NCBI GenBank assembly: GCA_964016885.1
Contig: OZ024742.1
Location: 251,906,001 to 251,970,000 of the forward strand
Origin: Eledone cirrhosa
Taxonomy: Eukaryota
Length of the DNA: 64,000 nt
Direction of reading: 5' to 3'
In this document: positions 1 through 12,332 of the stretch, in pieces
Layout of the letters: each line of letters starts with the position of its first letter
Numbering within the stretch: position 1 is the stretch's first letter
Notes under the pieces: generated by a model
The model's input: only the letters and a program-made list of their open reading frames with translations
Told to the model about the DNA's origin: nothing
The model's database searches: none
Translations under genes and position numbers: made by a program

Positions 1-7
1 ACAAAGC

Positions 8-530
8 ATGGTTGGTTCATTTCTCTCTAGCCTCTGCAGTCACTACTATACAACACCGTACTTTGCACACAGTTATGATATAGCTGTCCTTTTGTACATA
101 GGGAGAAACCTTTTGTTGTCAACAGTGGGAGTAGTTTTCCATCCTATCCTTATTCCAGCTATTATGCTCTCAGAACACCTTCCTGTGCTGCCAATTAAGC
201 CATCTAGATAGCAGAAGCTATCAACCATCTCTGTGAATCCTTCATGCAATTGGATTACTGACACTCTTCCCCTTGATTTCCTCTGTGCATCTTTTACATA
301 CAAATTCTTTCTTTTCTGTTAGGGTACCTGATATCCTACTTCCTCTTGTGTATCCAAGATTTATTGTGTATTTCATATAGTGTTTATTTCCACTCCTTTT
401 CTACATAATGAGCAGGATCACTTCCCTGAGGGAATCAGGGTCCTATCTTCTTTCCTACTCACTAGCATTTTAGTTTTGGTCAAGTTTACTCTCAGACCTT
501 TTGATTCCAAATTGTTTCCATCCACCTCAG
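8..530 (-). mobile_element. Decayed RTE LINE fragment (RT C-terminal part)
   Basis: Minus ORF 73-303 contains EMVDSFCYLDGLIGSTGRCSESIIAGIRIGWK, the same motif as the better RTE copies at 12732 and 60238. Multiple stops and frameshifts. Confidence 0.8.
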
Positions 531-671
531 TACACACATACTAACTATTCTGTGCATGCGCGCACACACACACACATACTTCAGTATATACATAATAACT
601 ATTCTGCATCCACATACAGAATCAAAATAATAAATACAAAGAAAATGAAACTGAAGTCAGTGAAAACATAC

Positions 672-1772
672 CTCTGTTAAAACACATCCACTTCCAAATA
701 TCAATTTCTTCAGCGCTATGAGCAAAATAACATACTCCCCTTTTAGTACATGTGTTATTTTTCATAAAATTGCATATGACAAAGTTCGCATAGGCAGGAA
801 TCCTAGGAGGTAAAGAACTTATTATTTTTCCATTAGTTTCAGTGATAAATATTGATCCATGTAATAGAGTATGTTGACATTGGGAATGAGTTAACTTCTT
901 TCCGCTATGGAAACAAACTAAACAGTACTTATTCAACCAATGAGGTATATTTTGTTTTAATGGCTTGCAATAATTCACAAATTCTTCCATAGAAATATTT
1001 TGGTCACGTAAAACCATCCAAGTATCTCTCTCAATGATATTATGGGCATTCTTGCAATTAGTATTTTCACAATTATGAATTTTGCACAATAAATAATCGG
1101 TTCGTATTAAAGGAGGTTTCCTAATGTAAGTACATCCCATCTCTGAAAAGTGTCGTAAAATTTTGGATTTTTCCCAAATATGATATTTGGAACTACAATA
1201 TAAAGTATCTTCAGAATTTTGACCACAAACCAAATTCATAGTTAAACAGTGTTGGCAGACAAAATCAAAAGTTACCCCATGTCTGGAAGTGACAAACTGA
1301 TAAGATATAAGCTTTCCTTTTGATTTTAAAGAATTTATTACAAACTTTTTATCTTTTTCCAAATTCCAAAGAAGTTTCTCTACATTATTGTGTGCATATG
1401 TACAGTTTGCTTGTCCCAGGGAACATGGTCTGTTGGTGCTGATGAGTGATGGACATAATTCATAATCAGAATCTATAATTTTCTTCCTATTTCTGACGAT
1501 CAGCCAGTTTGATGTTCCCACTTTCGCAAATGCCAGAATATTTCGTTTACAATTGTGAGATGAAACTGAATTAGTTTTTGAGATGCAATCTAAACAGAAA
1601 TATCTGTATTTATGGGAATCAACTAAAGGATGCATGTAATTTTGGGAAAATTCACTTTCATTAACTGGTTCTAATGCAGGATCAAATCCAAACTGAAAAG
1701 GAACAGATGTTGTATTTGGTAACAACCCAGGTATAAGTTTATTCTTTTCCTGCTCAAGCAAAGCACTAGTAC
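672..1772 (-). CDS. Internal coding exon (1101 bp) of a multi-CCCH zinc-finger protein, ZC3H7/HELZ2-N-terminal-like repeats
   Basis: Open frame with minus-strand acceptor ttgcag|GT at 1772 and donor AG|gtatgt at 672, phase 1 at both ends. Three CCCH fingers (CPSLISTNRPCSLGQANCTYAH, CKIHNCENTNCKNAH, CNFMKNNTCTKRGVCYFAH), each followed by E-x3-W and preceded by a CxxC module. Confidence 0.85.
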
Positions 1773-1940
1773 CTGCAATACAAAATCAGAAATACTACTA
1801 TATACAAACAGTATAGTTAGTATGAATTATATGACTTCACATTACAAAGGAATGAAAACCTAATATATCTATTACCTAAAACATAAAAGAAAATGGAATT
1901 GTAGCTAGTTTATAACTGATGAGTATGATATACACATGTG

Positions 1941-1972
<32 letters not shown>

Positions 1973-2305
1973 CATCATTCCATTTTACATCCGCTTTTCC
2001 CTGCTTGCAAGGGTGGGACGGGAACTGATTCTGGCTTGATTTCTACAGCTGGATGCCCTTCCTAACACCAACCTCATTTAAGTGAGTGCTGGGTGCTTTT
2101 TTGCCGTAGCGCCTACACGTCAACTTTGCAGTGGAATGATAGGGAACCCAGTCCCTATCATCTCATTTCTACAGCTGAGTAAACTGGAGCAATGTGAAAT
2201 AAAGTGTCTTGCTCAAGGAAACAACACATCACCCGGTCTGAGAATTGAACTCACAACCTTTCGATTGCAAGGCCAATGCTCTAACCACTAAACCATGTGC
2301 CTCCA
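1973..2305 (-). mobile_element. tRNA-derived CORE-like SINE carrying an RTE-type 3' tail
   Basis: Minus strand: A/B-box-like head (gtggttagagc...gagttcaatt), ccttgagcaagacacttt core, then ggtgttaggaagggcatccagctgtagaaatcaagccagaatcagttcc...gatgtaaaa-(tga) tail. Flanked by (TA)n on both sides. Confidence 0.7.
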
Positions 2306-2814
2306 TATATATATATATATATATAACAAGAATAAGGATATTATGTCTGAAAATTTCCCAGGCAAGTGCCATATCACTTGTAAGGAAAACTCTAAAAAAG
2401 ATTCAAAGGAATAAACATTAACAGGAGATAATTTGTAATGGATATAAGAACATATAATTACAAAAAGTAGCATATTTAAATTTAACAAAATTGTAAATCC
2501 CTGGCATTTTCAATGATTAGCTAACATCACTAAATTTTAATTGTCCACCTATGTGAATAATTGATTGAAGAGTAGCAGATACATTATGATATATATAAAG
2601 GAGCTGCTAATCAGTTTAAATTGAGAATCAGAATTACCTGTGTTAATATGGAAACCTCTTCTAGCACAAGAGGTCCACTGACATGATAAAGGCTTGATTT
2701 GTTGAAATACAAAACATGTTGAATAATTTTTAGTACAACAAAAAAAAGACTCTCTGGTAATTTTATTTATTTATATTTTTGACGCACTACTATTATCAGC
2801 AGCTTTTACCTAAC

Positions 2815-3060
2815 ATGAAGGCATGTGATCTAGTGGTTAGGGTGTTGGACTTATGGTTGTGATGTTGTGGATTTAATTCTGGAGCAAAATACTTAATTTC
2901 GTCTTGCCCCAGTCCTCTCAGCTGAAAGTGAATACCAGCAGTAGCTAGGGATAAAATCTGTGATGGACTGGCACTCTGTCCAGGATTGAGTCATGTTCAT
3001 TCAGACACTTAACACCAATGAAACAGAAACAACACCTGTATAATGAGCATTATCTAACAC
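2815..3060 (+). mobile_element. tRNA-derived CORE-like SINE (decayed)
   Basis: gtgatctagtggttagggtgttggac head, gagcaaaatactt...ctcagctgaaagtga core; tail similar to the copy at 4823-5100. Confidence 0.65.
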
Positions 3061-3274
3061 TCACATCTTCTCTTGGTGAGGATTATGATTATATCCTCTA
3101 ATGAAGATCCAACAATCTAACAACAGTTAATAAGAAAACTATAAGTGAATCTTTGTCATAAACAAGAAAAGGTATCCTCTCAGTGACATAGTCAGATATG
3201 GTTTTCAAGTGGCAATACACATAAAAAGATATTATACTGTTTCGCTTTAATAACAGAACAGAAACATTACTTAC

Positions 3275-3790
3275 CAACATTGCATCTATTTAAAATAATG
3301 ATGAATTCACTTATATTAAACTTGTTTTCCTGTTCCATATTCCAGATATAATATTCAGCTTCCCCATGTGGATAAGAACATGGTTTATTTATACATGCTT
3401 TATTCCTTTTAAAATCAAAACATTCTGCAAAGGACATTTGCCTATTTTTAATGAAAGCAGGTCGTTCTCTTATTTCTGTCCAAAATCTGTCCTGAAATTT
3501 CTTTACAACAAGCTTATTTCTTTCACAATTTATACAAGATTGTCTAAAGTAGTATCCTTTTGGACCTTCATCATTTTTTATAAAACAAATCTTACATCCC
3601 AAAGCAAATACATGAGTATCCTTTAATGGAAAGTGACAATTAATTAAAGCTCTTTCACATTCTTTATTTTTCATCAAATGCTTTTGGGTATTACATTTTT
3701 TCATCTTGCTTTGTTTCTTTGCTGGAGTAGCCAAATTACTAGTAGATTTGTTTAATTTTTTGCGACTTTTCTGTAGCGTGGAAAGGTTAC
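3275..3790 (-). CDS. Internal coding exon (516 bp) of the same CCCH zinc-finger gene
   Basis: Acceptor tttttacag|GT at 3790 and donor TTG|gtaagt at 3275, phase 1/1, in frame with exon 672-1772. Encodes CKIC...CINC...W..IRERP...CFDFKRNKACINKPCSYPHGEAEYYIWNME. Confidence 0.85.
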
Positions 3791-4822
3791 CTGTAAAAAT
3801 TGATAAAAACAAAATGAAACAGAAACTATAGACAAAATTGAATATGAATTTCCAATAAAGTTTCTGTAACATGGGAAAATGGCATTTTTCTTAGGATATT
3901 CTTTCATAGCTTATCAATCCTTATGATCTTTTGTCCTTTCACTTTTCTCCTTTTTCCACAACCATAAAAAAAGGATATTTTAGATAACACAGTTTGGGAT
4001 ACATTATATATAAAAAAAGGATGGGATGGTTGGGGCTGGGATTACTTTTGATCAATATTATGCTTGATCAAGACAAGGCTGATTTGGGGCTAAACAATTA
4101 CAACAACAGTTCTTAGTATTTATAGTAGCCAAAGGGATTAAAATAGCTTACCAGTACTTGAATGAATTTTCCTATTACTCTGAAAGGAAAAGAAAAGTTA
4201 ATTTCCTTCAGTTTGTAACTTTAATGCTTTTAATAAATGATAAGGTGTTCAGAAAGCTGGTACAATACTGTGGTACTAGGATAAAAAAGATGACCAAACA
4301 AAACAAAAATATGTTTTTAACCAATATATTTCTTCATGATATTTCAAGGTAAATACCTTCTTTTCCAAACACCATATCATTTATTACATATCTCACAATG
4401 TTTCATGTAAACTATACTGATTTATTTTAATACTTTTATTTCTCAGTTAGAAAATATATATAAAAAAAATAAAACATATTCAAGATTACCAATATTATAA
4501 ACATATTCAAGATTATAAAACATATTCAAGATTACCAATATTATAAACTTTTATTCCCTTCAACCATGCAAACACCTGCCGAAATGTGTCTGAAACTGAT
4601 ATTTAAGATATTCTTAAATACAAACTTCTCATGGATAAACATTACCTAATGTTTCACATTTATCAACATTTGTATAATTTTTTTCATATCAGCATAAATA
4701 TGGAATGATTGTGGTTCAAAATGATTGTACAAACAATTATGTTCAATGGAGAAAACAAAACTTTATTAGACAAGTATCTTTTACCAATATTTTCTGAGTG
4801 AAATTTGGAAGATCGAAACTAT

Positions 4823-5400
4823 GAGGAAGTGGAGGCTAGTGGAAAAGGGTGTTGGACTTATGATCATAATATTGTGGGTTCGATTCCTGGGCTGGGTTGT
4901 TTGTTGTGTTCTTGAGCAAAACACTTTATTTCATGCTGATCCAGAATGCTCAGCTGAAATGAGTACCACCAATAGCGGGGGGGGGGGGGGGTTTAACCCT
5001 GCAATGGACTGGCGTCCTGTCTGGTGGGGTATCTTGTACTTTCAGTCGCTTCATGCCATGGAACCAGGATAAGCACTGGCCTGACGAGCCTCCTGGCTTG
5101 AAACAGACTTTGGACTTTGGAAACTATATGGAACATACATAAAAATTATGGTTAAGGTGTTTTGGCAGTGTGTTGTGTCCTTAAGCAAAACACTTTATTT
5201 CACATTGCTCCAGTCCATTCAACTGGCAAAACTGAATTGAACATGTAATACAAAAGACCAGCCTTGTCATACACTGTATCATACTGAATCTCCCCAAGAA
5301 CTACATTAAGGACAAAGTCTCTGTGGAATACTCAGCCACTTTCACTTTAATATCATGTTCCATTGTTTGAACAACTGGTAATTTTGTTGTCAGAACCGAC
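4823..5400 (+). mobile_element. Two adjacent CORE-like SINE copies (about 4823-5100 and 5148-5400) with different tails
   Basis: Both contain tgttgtgt(t/c)ctt(g/a)agcaaaacactttatttca; the first has a gggttcgattcc B-box. Confidence 0.7.
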
Positions 5401-6045
5401 AGAGGTCCAACATATACACGCATGTACATTTGTTCTGTTTCACAAACAAGTGAAAATATTCTTAACTCATTATAATGTATAATTATTTATTGTACATATA
5501 ATATACTACCCTGTGTTATGAGTTAGATTTTCAGGTGGTGTCATTTGGGTTAAGATGAATAAGATGGTGCTACAAAATATCAATTCCATTGGTTATCTCA
5601 AGTTATGTATGTGTGTGTGCATTCATGCATATATGATATGTTTATGTATAATGAATATACAAGAATCTCACTATGATTTTTTTTTTTATAAGCTGTGATC
5701 GTGTTACAGCTATCTCAGCAGCGGTGAAAATGCTAGATAGGTATTTCTGTATTTTTATCCATCATCAGTGATATTTACTCACTCACTACTGAGATAAAAT
5801 AGGCTAAAGCTTATATGGTCTTTGTGCACGAAACATCAGCTGTAGATGTTCATTTGCATATAGTAAGAACTCGACTGGTGGGAGGGAGCTAATTAGAATT
5901 ACACTACATAGTGTGGTTCATCATAGGGAAAGCATATACGATAGCGAGATTCTCATATGTTTATTATACATCCTGGATGTTGGAGTAAAGACAAGGGTCA
6001 CTGCATCTGTAGCTGAATGGAATAAAATTCTAAAATATCAGTAAT

Positions 6046-7440
6046 TATTATCATCCTCATCATCATCATCATCATTTAACATCGACTTTCCTTGCTAGCA
6101 TTCATTAAATGGGTTGTCCCATTTGAGGCAAGTTGTCTCAGGTGACCATGTCTTGCTCATATAGAACTGTTTCTGGCTGGGTTTCTACAGCTGGGTGCCT
6201 TTCCTAACGCCAACCACATTTACAATGTGTGCTGAATGCTTTTTGTTGTGACTCCTACATAATCACTTTACAGTGTGGGCTGGGTGCTTTTTATCGAGAT
6301 ACCTACATGACCACTTTACAGTGTGGGCTGGGTGCTTTTTATCGTAATACCTACATGACCACTTTACAGTGTGGGCTGGGTGCTTTTTATCGTAATACCT
6401 ACATGACCACTTTACAGTGTGGGCTGGGTGCTTTTTATCGAGATACCTACATGACCACTTTACAGTGTGGGCTGGGTGCTTTTTATCGTAATACCTACAT
6501 GACCACTTTACAGTGTGGGCTGGGTGCTTTTTATCGTAATACCTACATGACCACTTTACAGTGTGGGCTGGGTGCTTTTTATCGAGATACCTACATGACC
6601 ACTTTACAGTGTGGGCTGGGTGCTTTTTATCGTAATACCTACATGACCACTTTACAGTGTGGGCTGGGTGCTTTTTATCGTAATACCTACATGACCACTT
6701 TACAGTGTGAGCTGGGTGCTTTTTATCGAGATACCTACATGACCACTTTACAGTGTGGGCTGGGTGCTTTTTGTCGTGACTCCTAAATGATCACTTTACA
6801 GTGTAGGCTGGGTGCTTTCCATCGTGACACCTACACAACCACTTTACAGTGTGGGCTGGACAACATAACTTTACAGTGCAAGAGTGGTGGGGATTGAAGT
6901 GGGAGGATGGGTGTAGGGATGTGGAGGTGTAGGGATGTGGGGGTGTAGGGAAGGGAGTATAGTGGTTAAGATGTGCCTACAGTGTTCCTGGGTCTTCCAT
7001 CAATTTTGATCACCCTGCACCTTTTTATACAACTGTCGTCCTTCATACATATCACATGACCACCCCAACGCAATCTCCTCTCTAGTATACTGTATCTGAT
7101 ACCTCCTATGTCTAATTTCTCTCTCAGTTCAATTATGCTGTGTATATTACTATTACACAACCATCGGAGTACGCATGCTTCATTTCTTTCCAATCTACTG
7201 AGGTCCTCTGCACAGTGCCCAGGTCTCACTACCATGCAACATTGCTGTTTATATGCTCACATCATACAGTCTGCCTTTCATTTTTAGGGAAAAACCTTTT
7301 GTAGCTAGCAGTGGTAGTAGCTCCCTGAACTTCTCCCATCCCATTCTTACTCTGGCTACTGTACGTTCAGGACACCCTCCTCTACTGCTGATTACATCAC
7401 CCAAGTAACATAAATTGTTGTCTATTTCTATAGAGCCGTC
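6046..7440 (-). mobile_element. 5'-truncated RTE LINE with expanded 3'UTR minisatellite
   Basis: Minus ORFs 6966-7235 and 7249-7500 match the RTE RT C-terminus (LCYLGDVISSRGGC, RRLRWGGHV, GRPR). (cat)n tail near 6050-6075; 5' end abuts (TA)n at 7441. Confidence 0.85.
6214..6880. repeat. 48-bp minisatellite, about 13 units
   Basis: Unit accactttacagtgtgggctgggtgctttttatcg(aga/taa)tacctacatg repeated head to tail; degenerate at both ends. Confidence 0.95.
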
Positions 7441-7899
7441 TATATATATATATATATTGTAACTATAATCGCGCAAACACAAACTTATAAAAATAAACAC
7501 TCACAGACATACATTCACACAAATACACATACTTTCACACATATACATTTACACAAACACACATTCAGACATATACATTTACACACACACATACAGTTAT
7601 GATAGCAGTATTCGGTGAATTGGAAATGGGAGGGTAATACAAGTATAATGTTTTATTTATTTATTAACAACACAGTTAAACTCTTTTTTTAAAACTCATT
7701 TGTATAAAAATTTAATACAAAGGTTACAGAACAAAAACACTAACAAATATAATATATACATAGGAAGGGAAAGGAAAAAAAGAAAGAGAAAAAATACACA
7801 AGCACGTTATACACACATCTTGGACCACATCAACAAAAGGCAAGCGAAAGGGATGGACAAATGAGATGCTACCAGAGCAATAGATAACAATATAGCGAG

Positions 7900-8230
7900 G
7901 AGCACTGGGAAACCTCCCTAATAATTTTTAAGGCAAGCCAGCATGCTCGCAGCGTTACCTGGGGTGATGGCGAGGCTAAGGTGCTTGAACAACCAAGTGC
8001 CTTCACAAGCATCACCAGTTACCTTTTTTTGGCGAGCCAACAGTGAAGATAAGAACCTCGCTGTCAGTAGCCCGACTCCCCCAAACTCTCGAACGCCACA
8101 GGCTGGATAATTAGTTAGCTGACAGAACACGGTAGTTTAGGATTTTGTTCTGTTCAGCTGCGGATGCTGTAGCTCTCGCCCTTACCGCTGCATCCAGGAG
8201 CACAGAGTAAGACCATCAAGTCTTTTCCCA
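7900..8230 (-). mobile_element. 3' fragment of CRE-like non-LTR element
   Basis: Similar to 23840-24050 and 27670-27930 (gcgaggctaaggtgcttg..., gcatccagga). Confidence 0.55.
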
Positions 8231-8459
8231 TCAATTCTGGACAACCCAGATGGTTCCAAAATTGAGAGGATGTTTGCCAGGGCCAAAGCTCTTAAGTGAT
8301 AATAGGACAGACTGTGTATGTGCACGTGCGAGATTTTGTCGGCGTTCTTAAATTAGAGACATGTGTGTCTGTCACTATTTTTAAGTTAGAAACATATGTG
8401 TGTATCCCTTTCCTTCCTTTTACACACACATACATTCACACAAACACACATACACATTG

Positions 8460-9130
8460 TGTGATGGACAGGTAGACAGAAGTCCCTCAAATTTATATAC
8501 ATGTGAATGGAGTTCTACTGAAGCAGTTAGAGAAGTTCAAGTATCTTGGAGCCGTGTTCATGAGTGATGGAATGCAGGAGGCTGAATTCAGTGCAAGAAT
8601 TGCAAAAGCTGATGCAGTAATGCGCCAGCCTCAGCAATCAGATGAAGTGGGGTAGGTGTAAAAGCCAAACTCTCTGTCTTCCTGGTATTCCTGCCAACTC
8701 TTACCGAGGATCAGGAATCTTGAGTAATGACCAAAAGAATACAATTGAAAATAAAAGTGGCAGAAATGAGATTCCTCCGAAGGGTCTTTGGAGTAACGTT
8801 ACTCGATAAAGTGCATAGTTCAGAGACCAGTGAGTCACTCCTGGTAGAGCCGCTACTTCTCCGAATTGAGAGATCACAACTCCGATATTATGAGCATGTG
8901 GTTAGAATGTCTCAGTAAAGAATTGCTGGACACATTTTACAGGCAAAACCAACCAGCAAGAGACCCAGAGGTAGACCCTGAGCAAGATAGTTGGATAACA
9001 TGAGCTTGGCTGGTCACGTTTTGGAATCCAGCTGGATCAGTTAGAGATGTTTGCTTCTGACAGACTCACTGGAAGGAGTGTTTGAGGAGGACTCTGCCCC
9101 CACAACCCTCTCAGAAATAAGCAGGTCGAA
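8460..9130 (+). mobile_element. RTE-clade LINE 3' fragment (family without the PHD insert)
   Basis: Reads KQLEKFKYLGAVF...AEMRFLRRVFGVTLLDKV...IERSQLRYYEHVVRM...KRPRGRP, then a gaagaagaa tail. Confidence 0.8.
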
Positions 9131-9442
9131 GAAGAAAATATTGTCAATTTACTTTTCAATTTATATATCATATCTATATGCATATATATTTGTGTATAAC
9201 ACCAATATGCACACTACATATGCTAGCAGAAAACGGCCCGCGGGCGGTTTTTTTTGCTAGTAAAGATAATGAAATCAGAATTAAAAATGTTAGAAAATTT
9301 TCATGTTCATTTGGGACAGCAGTTGTGTATGAAGGATTTGGATGGAGTCCTTAAATTTAAAAGATAAAGACAATGGAATTATTATTCAAAATGTTAGAAT
9401 TATGAGGTCTGCATTAATTTTCTTTATACAAAAAATGCTTAC

Positions 9443-9571
9443 CCTTTGTTTTCTATTACTGTTTGTTTCTTTTTTTTCTTCATCACTGCTATCAGGCTTA
9501 TGCATATGTAAGTTTCTCTTTTCTATGAATTCTAAAACATCTGCATTTTGATACAGATTATCTAGAGACAT
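9443..9571 (-). CDS. Candidate first coding exon of the CCCH gene (MSLDNLYQNADVLEFIEKRNLHMHKPDSSDEEKKETNSNRKQR)
   Basis: Non-repetitive open frame, acceptor catcag| at 9594, ATG at 9571, donor AGG|gtaagc. It ends in phase 0 while exon 3275-3790 starts in phase 1, so a linking exon that I could not find would be required. Confidence 0.35.
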
Positions 9572-9829
9572 GATGTTGATTCTGCTCACTAAACCTGATG
9601 ATTGAAAACAGGACATTTGCATTGATTTAACAAAAGATACATAAGTCAAGAAAAAAAAGCTCTATTTGTGAAAAAAATGTCATGAATAATCTTGAGACTC
9701 TTCTTGATGCATTTACTCAATGAATCCTCCATTAGCATCAATAATATGAGGTCTGAAATGCTGATAATCCTGAATCAAATGATCTTCAACTACTTTTGAC
9801 ATTGTTCTAGTTTATGGCGGATCCCAGAG

Positions 9830-10170
9830 ATTTCATAGTGGTATGAGAGCTTTGATTGACTTCCCTCTCTCAGCTATGCCCCATATGTCCAATGGATTCA
9901 GGTCTGGAGTGATAGGAGGCCATATGTTAGGAAGTGACATGATCATGGAGATTGTAACTCATCCATTCTTGGATCGTCTTGGACATATGAGACAGTGCAG
10001 AGCCTTGTTGGTAGGTGTACCGATTTCCTTTGCTTATGCTCTCTATCCAAGGCCTAACAATCCTCTCCAACACCTTATAGTCAGCAGTTTAAGCCCTGAG
10101 GAAAGAAGTGAGGAGGCATGTCATCTCACTTGTTGCTCACAACTCCCAGAACCATCACAATTGCCAAAAG
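9830..10170 (-). mobile_element. Tc1/mariner-superfamily (maT/DD37D-like) transposase relic
   Basis: Manual minus translation gives VMVLGVVSNK*DDMPPHFFPQGL...YTYQQGSALSHMSKTIQEWM...IWPPITPDLNPLDIWG, matching the QQDxAxxH and WPPxSPDLNPLD motifs. Stops and frameshifts present. Confidence 0.8.
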
Positions 10171-10759
10171 CTTTGTGTAGATGACTGTTCAAATGTTTTT
10201 AGGGTCTCTGTATAACCATCTGTTGACCTTTGCATGGTTCAAACAGTTATCTTTGTCTTTGGAGACATTGATTACCCTCACATTTAATTGCCTCCACAAA
10301 TCAGGAAACACAACCATCTGCAGTTTCCATTCCTATATATACTATATAATACAATAATATCAATGCAAAACATCAATAAATATTAGGGTGTTCCCTTTTG
10401 CAAACTATTCACCAATCATCTCATGTCGATTACGCCTGTGTTAAAATTGTTGAAATAATGAAGTATGCTGAATTATAGGTCAATTGAATAATATTTAGAG
10501 GTTGCTCACTTTCACATCTTTTTATTTATAACAATTGTTTTGGACCTGGCCTGTGGCATATTGTCCTTTCTGTTCACTTTACTGAATCCAATGAGGAAAC
10601 TACACGACAAAATGAAATGAAATGAAAATAACCAGGAGGAATATGTTTTAAATACACTATAATATTGGAGTTAAATAGAGAAACACTTTCTATGGATGAA
10701 ATTTATTACCAGAAACAGTTCCCTTTGTCCTCGGGGGGGGGGGGGGGGACTTGTTGAAA

Positions 10760-12280
10760 TGATAAGCAGACATATGAAGGAAGAGGGGCTAAGACTCCTG
10801 GAGTTCTGTGATGTAAATAAACTAACCATTTGTGACAAAAATTTCTGGAAACTCACTAATCATCTGATCTCATATCAATCAGGTGAACACACAAGCCAAA
10901 TTGATTATGTATGGACTGTTATAAATACTAAGGCCTTCCCTGAGGAAGAATGCTCAGGCCAAAACAAGTTATTTATTAGTGACATCAAAATAAACACAAG
11001 ACAGAACAAGACACACAGGAGAATATGGAGACGAAGGGTGTGGAAGCTAAAGGAGATTTTGGTTAAATATAGGTTTAGAAAGGCCGTACAGGATGCATTT
11101 GATGAGAGGGGTGACGAGCAAGATAGATATAATGTAGAGGACAACTGGAAATTCTTGCATGACAACCTTTTACGAACTACCAAATAGAATTGTGGCTGGA
11201 ATAAAGTGCCAGCCAGACAAAAGGTGGCCTGGTGGTGGAAAAGCACATTGGAAGCAGCCATTAAAACCAAGAAACAGGCATGGAAAGACTGGATAAATGG
11301 GGGTAGCAGAGACCAGTACCAGGTAGTTAAGAGAAAAGATAGACGACAGGTATACACAGCTTGGAGAGAGGCTGAAGAAAGTAAATTTACCAATGTCTTG
11401 GGATGTGAGGACCAGAGACATGAGGTGCTCTGTATGTCAAGACAGTATGTTAGTATAAATCAAGATGTAGTTGGGGAAAATGTGTTAGAAATGACGCTGA
11501 TGCACTTAGCACCACTGATACCCAAATGAAAGAGTCCTGGAAATGTTACTATTGAGATTGAGGAATGTAGAGAATGAACAGGAGGAAGAAAAACTAACCC
11601 CAACTTGCCCAAAGGAAGTACCAGCTATTGAAGTTGACAGTTTTAGGGTCAAAGATGCAATCTAGGAGATGAAGAATGGTAAAGCTGCAGGACCATCAGA
11701 GATAGTTGCTGGGATGCTAAATGCATCGAGAGAGGCAGGAGTCAAACTAGTAACCCGCATAGTCAATTAAATAATACAAGATGGTGTCATACTCAATGAC
11801 TGGCAACTATAAGAGAAGTTTCTAGTCCAAAATAAGCCACTACATTTAGCTTTTGATTTAGAAAATGCTTTTGACAGAGTGCCTTGATCTATTATCTGGA
11901 AATTAGGTGTAAAAGAATGGCTTGTGAAAGCAGTGCAAGCTATGTACAGAGGAGCTGTCAGTAAAGTGAGAGTAGGAAATGAGTTTGAGGAATTCCAAGT
12001 ACAGGTAGGAGTTCAGCAAGGTTCAGTTCTTAGACCATTGCTGTTCATCATAATTCTCCAGGCCATAACAGAGGAGTTTAAAACAGGCTGTCCATGGGAA
12101 ATTCTCTATGCACATGATTTGGTTCTTAGGAAGCCGCAGTAGAGGAAGACCAAGAAAGATCTGGGCAGAGATTGTAAGAGCTGATAAGAAACGCAACGAA
12201 TGGAGAGATGCTGTGTTGAGAAGGACCTGTCCAACCCATGAAAGCGAGAAAACACAGACATAAAAAACATTGACGATGTT
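10760..12280 (+). mobile_element. Old RTE LINE with internal deletions (APE end, tether, RT, tail)
   Basis: ORFs 10696, 11206 and 11924 carry LISYQSGEHTSQIDY, WWW, and GVQQGSVLRPLLF...LYAHDL, then jump to GRPRK and the 3' tail. Confidence 0.85.
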
Positions 12281-12296
12281 ATACATAAAGCAACAT

Positions 12297-12329
<33 letters not shown>

Positions 12330-12332
<3 letters not shown>

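Noticed and set aside
2638-2720. Possible small minus-strand exon ending ACAG|gtaatt between the two zinc-finger exons
   Set aside because: No convincing acceptor giving a phase 1/1 exon, and the flanking exons already join in frame.
5510-5569. 60-bp candidate minus exon (ttttgtag|...|gtagta)
   Set aside because: Open only in phase 2, which is incompatible with the neighbouring exons; weak donor.
6229-6786. 185-aa ORF of TTLQCGLGAFYR(N/D)TYM repeats; also a superficial CRISPR-like periodicity
   Set aside because: A by-product of a stop-free 48-bp unit. There are no unique spacers, no cas genes, and the context is eukaryotic.
9223-9261. Rho-independent terminator (GC stem plus T run)
   Set aside because: Eukaryotic context with no bacterial genes nearby.
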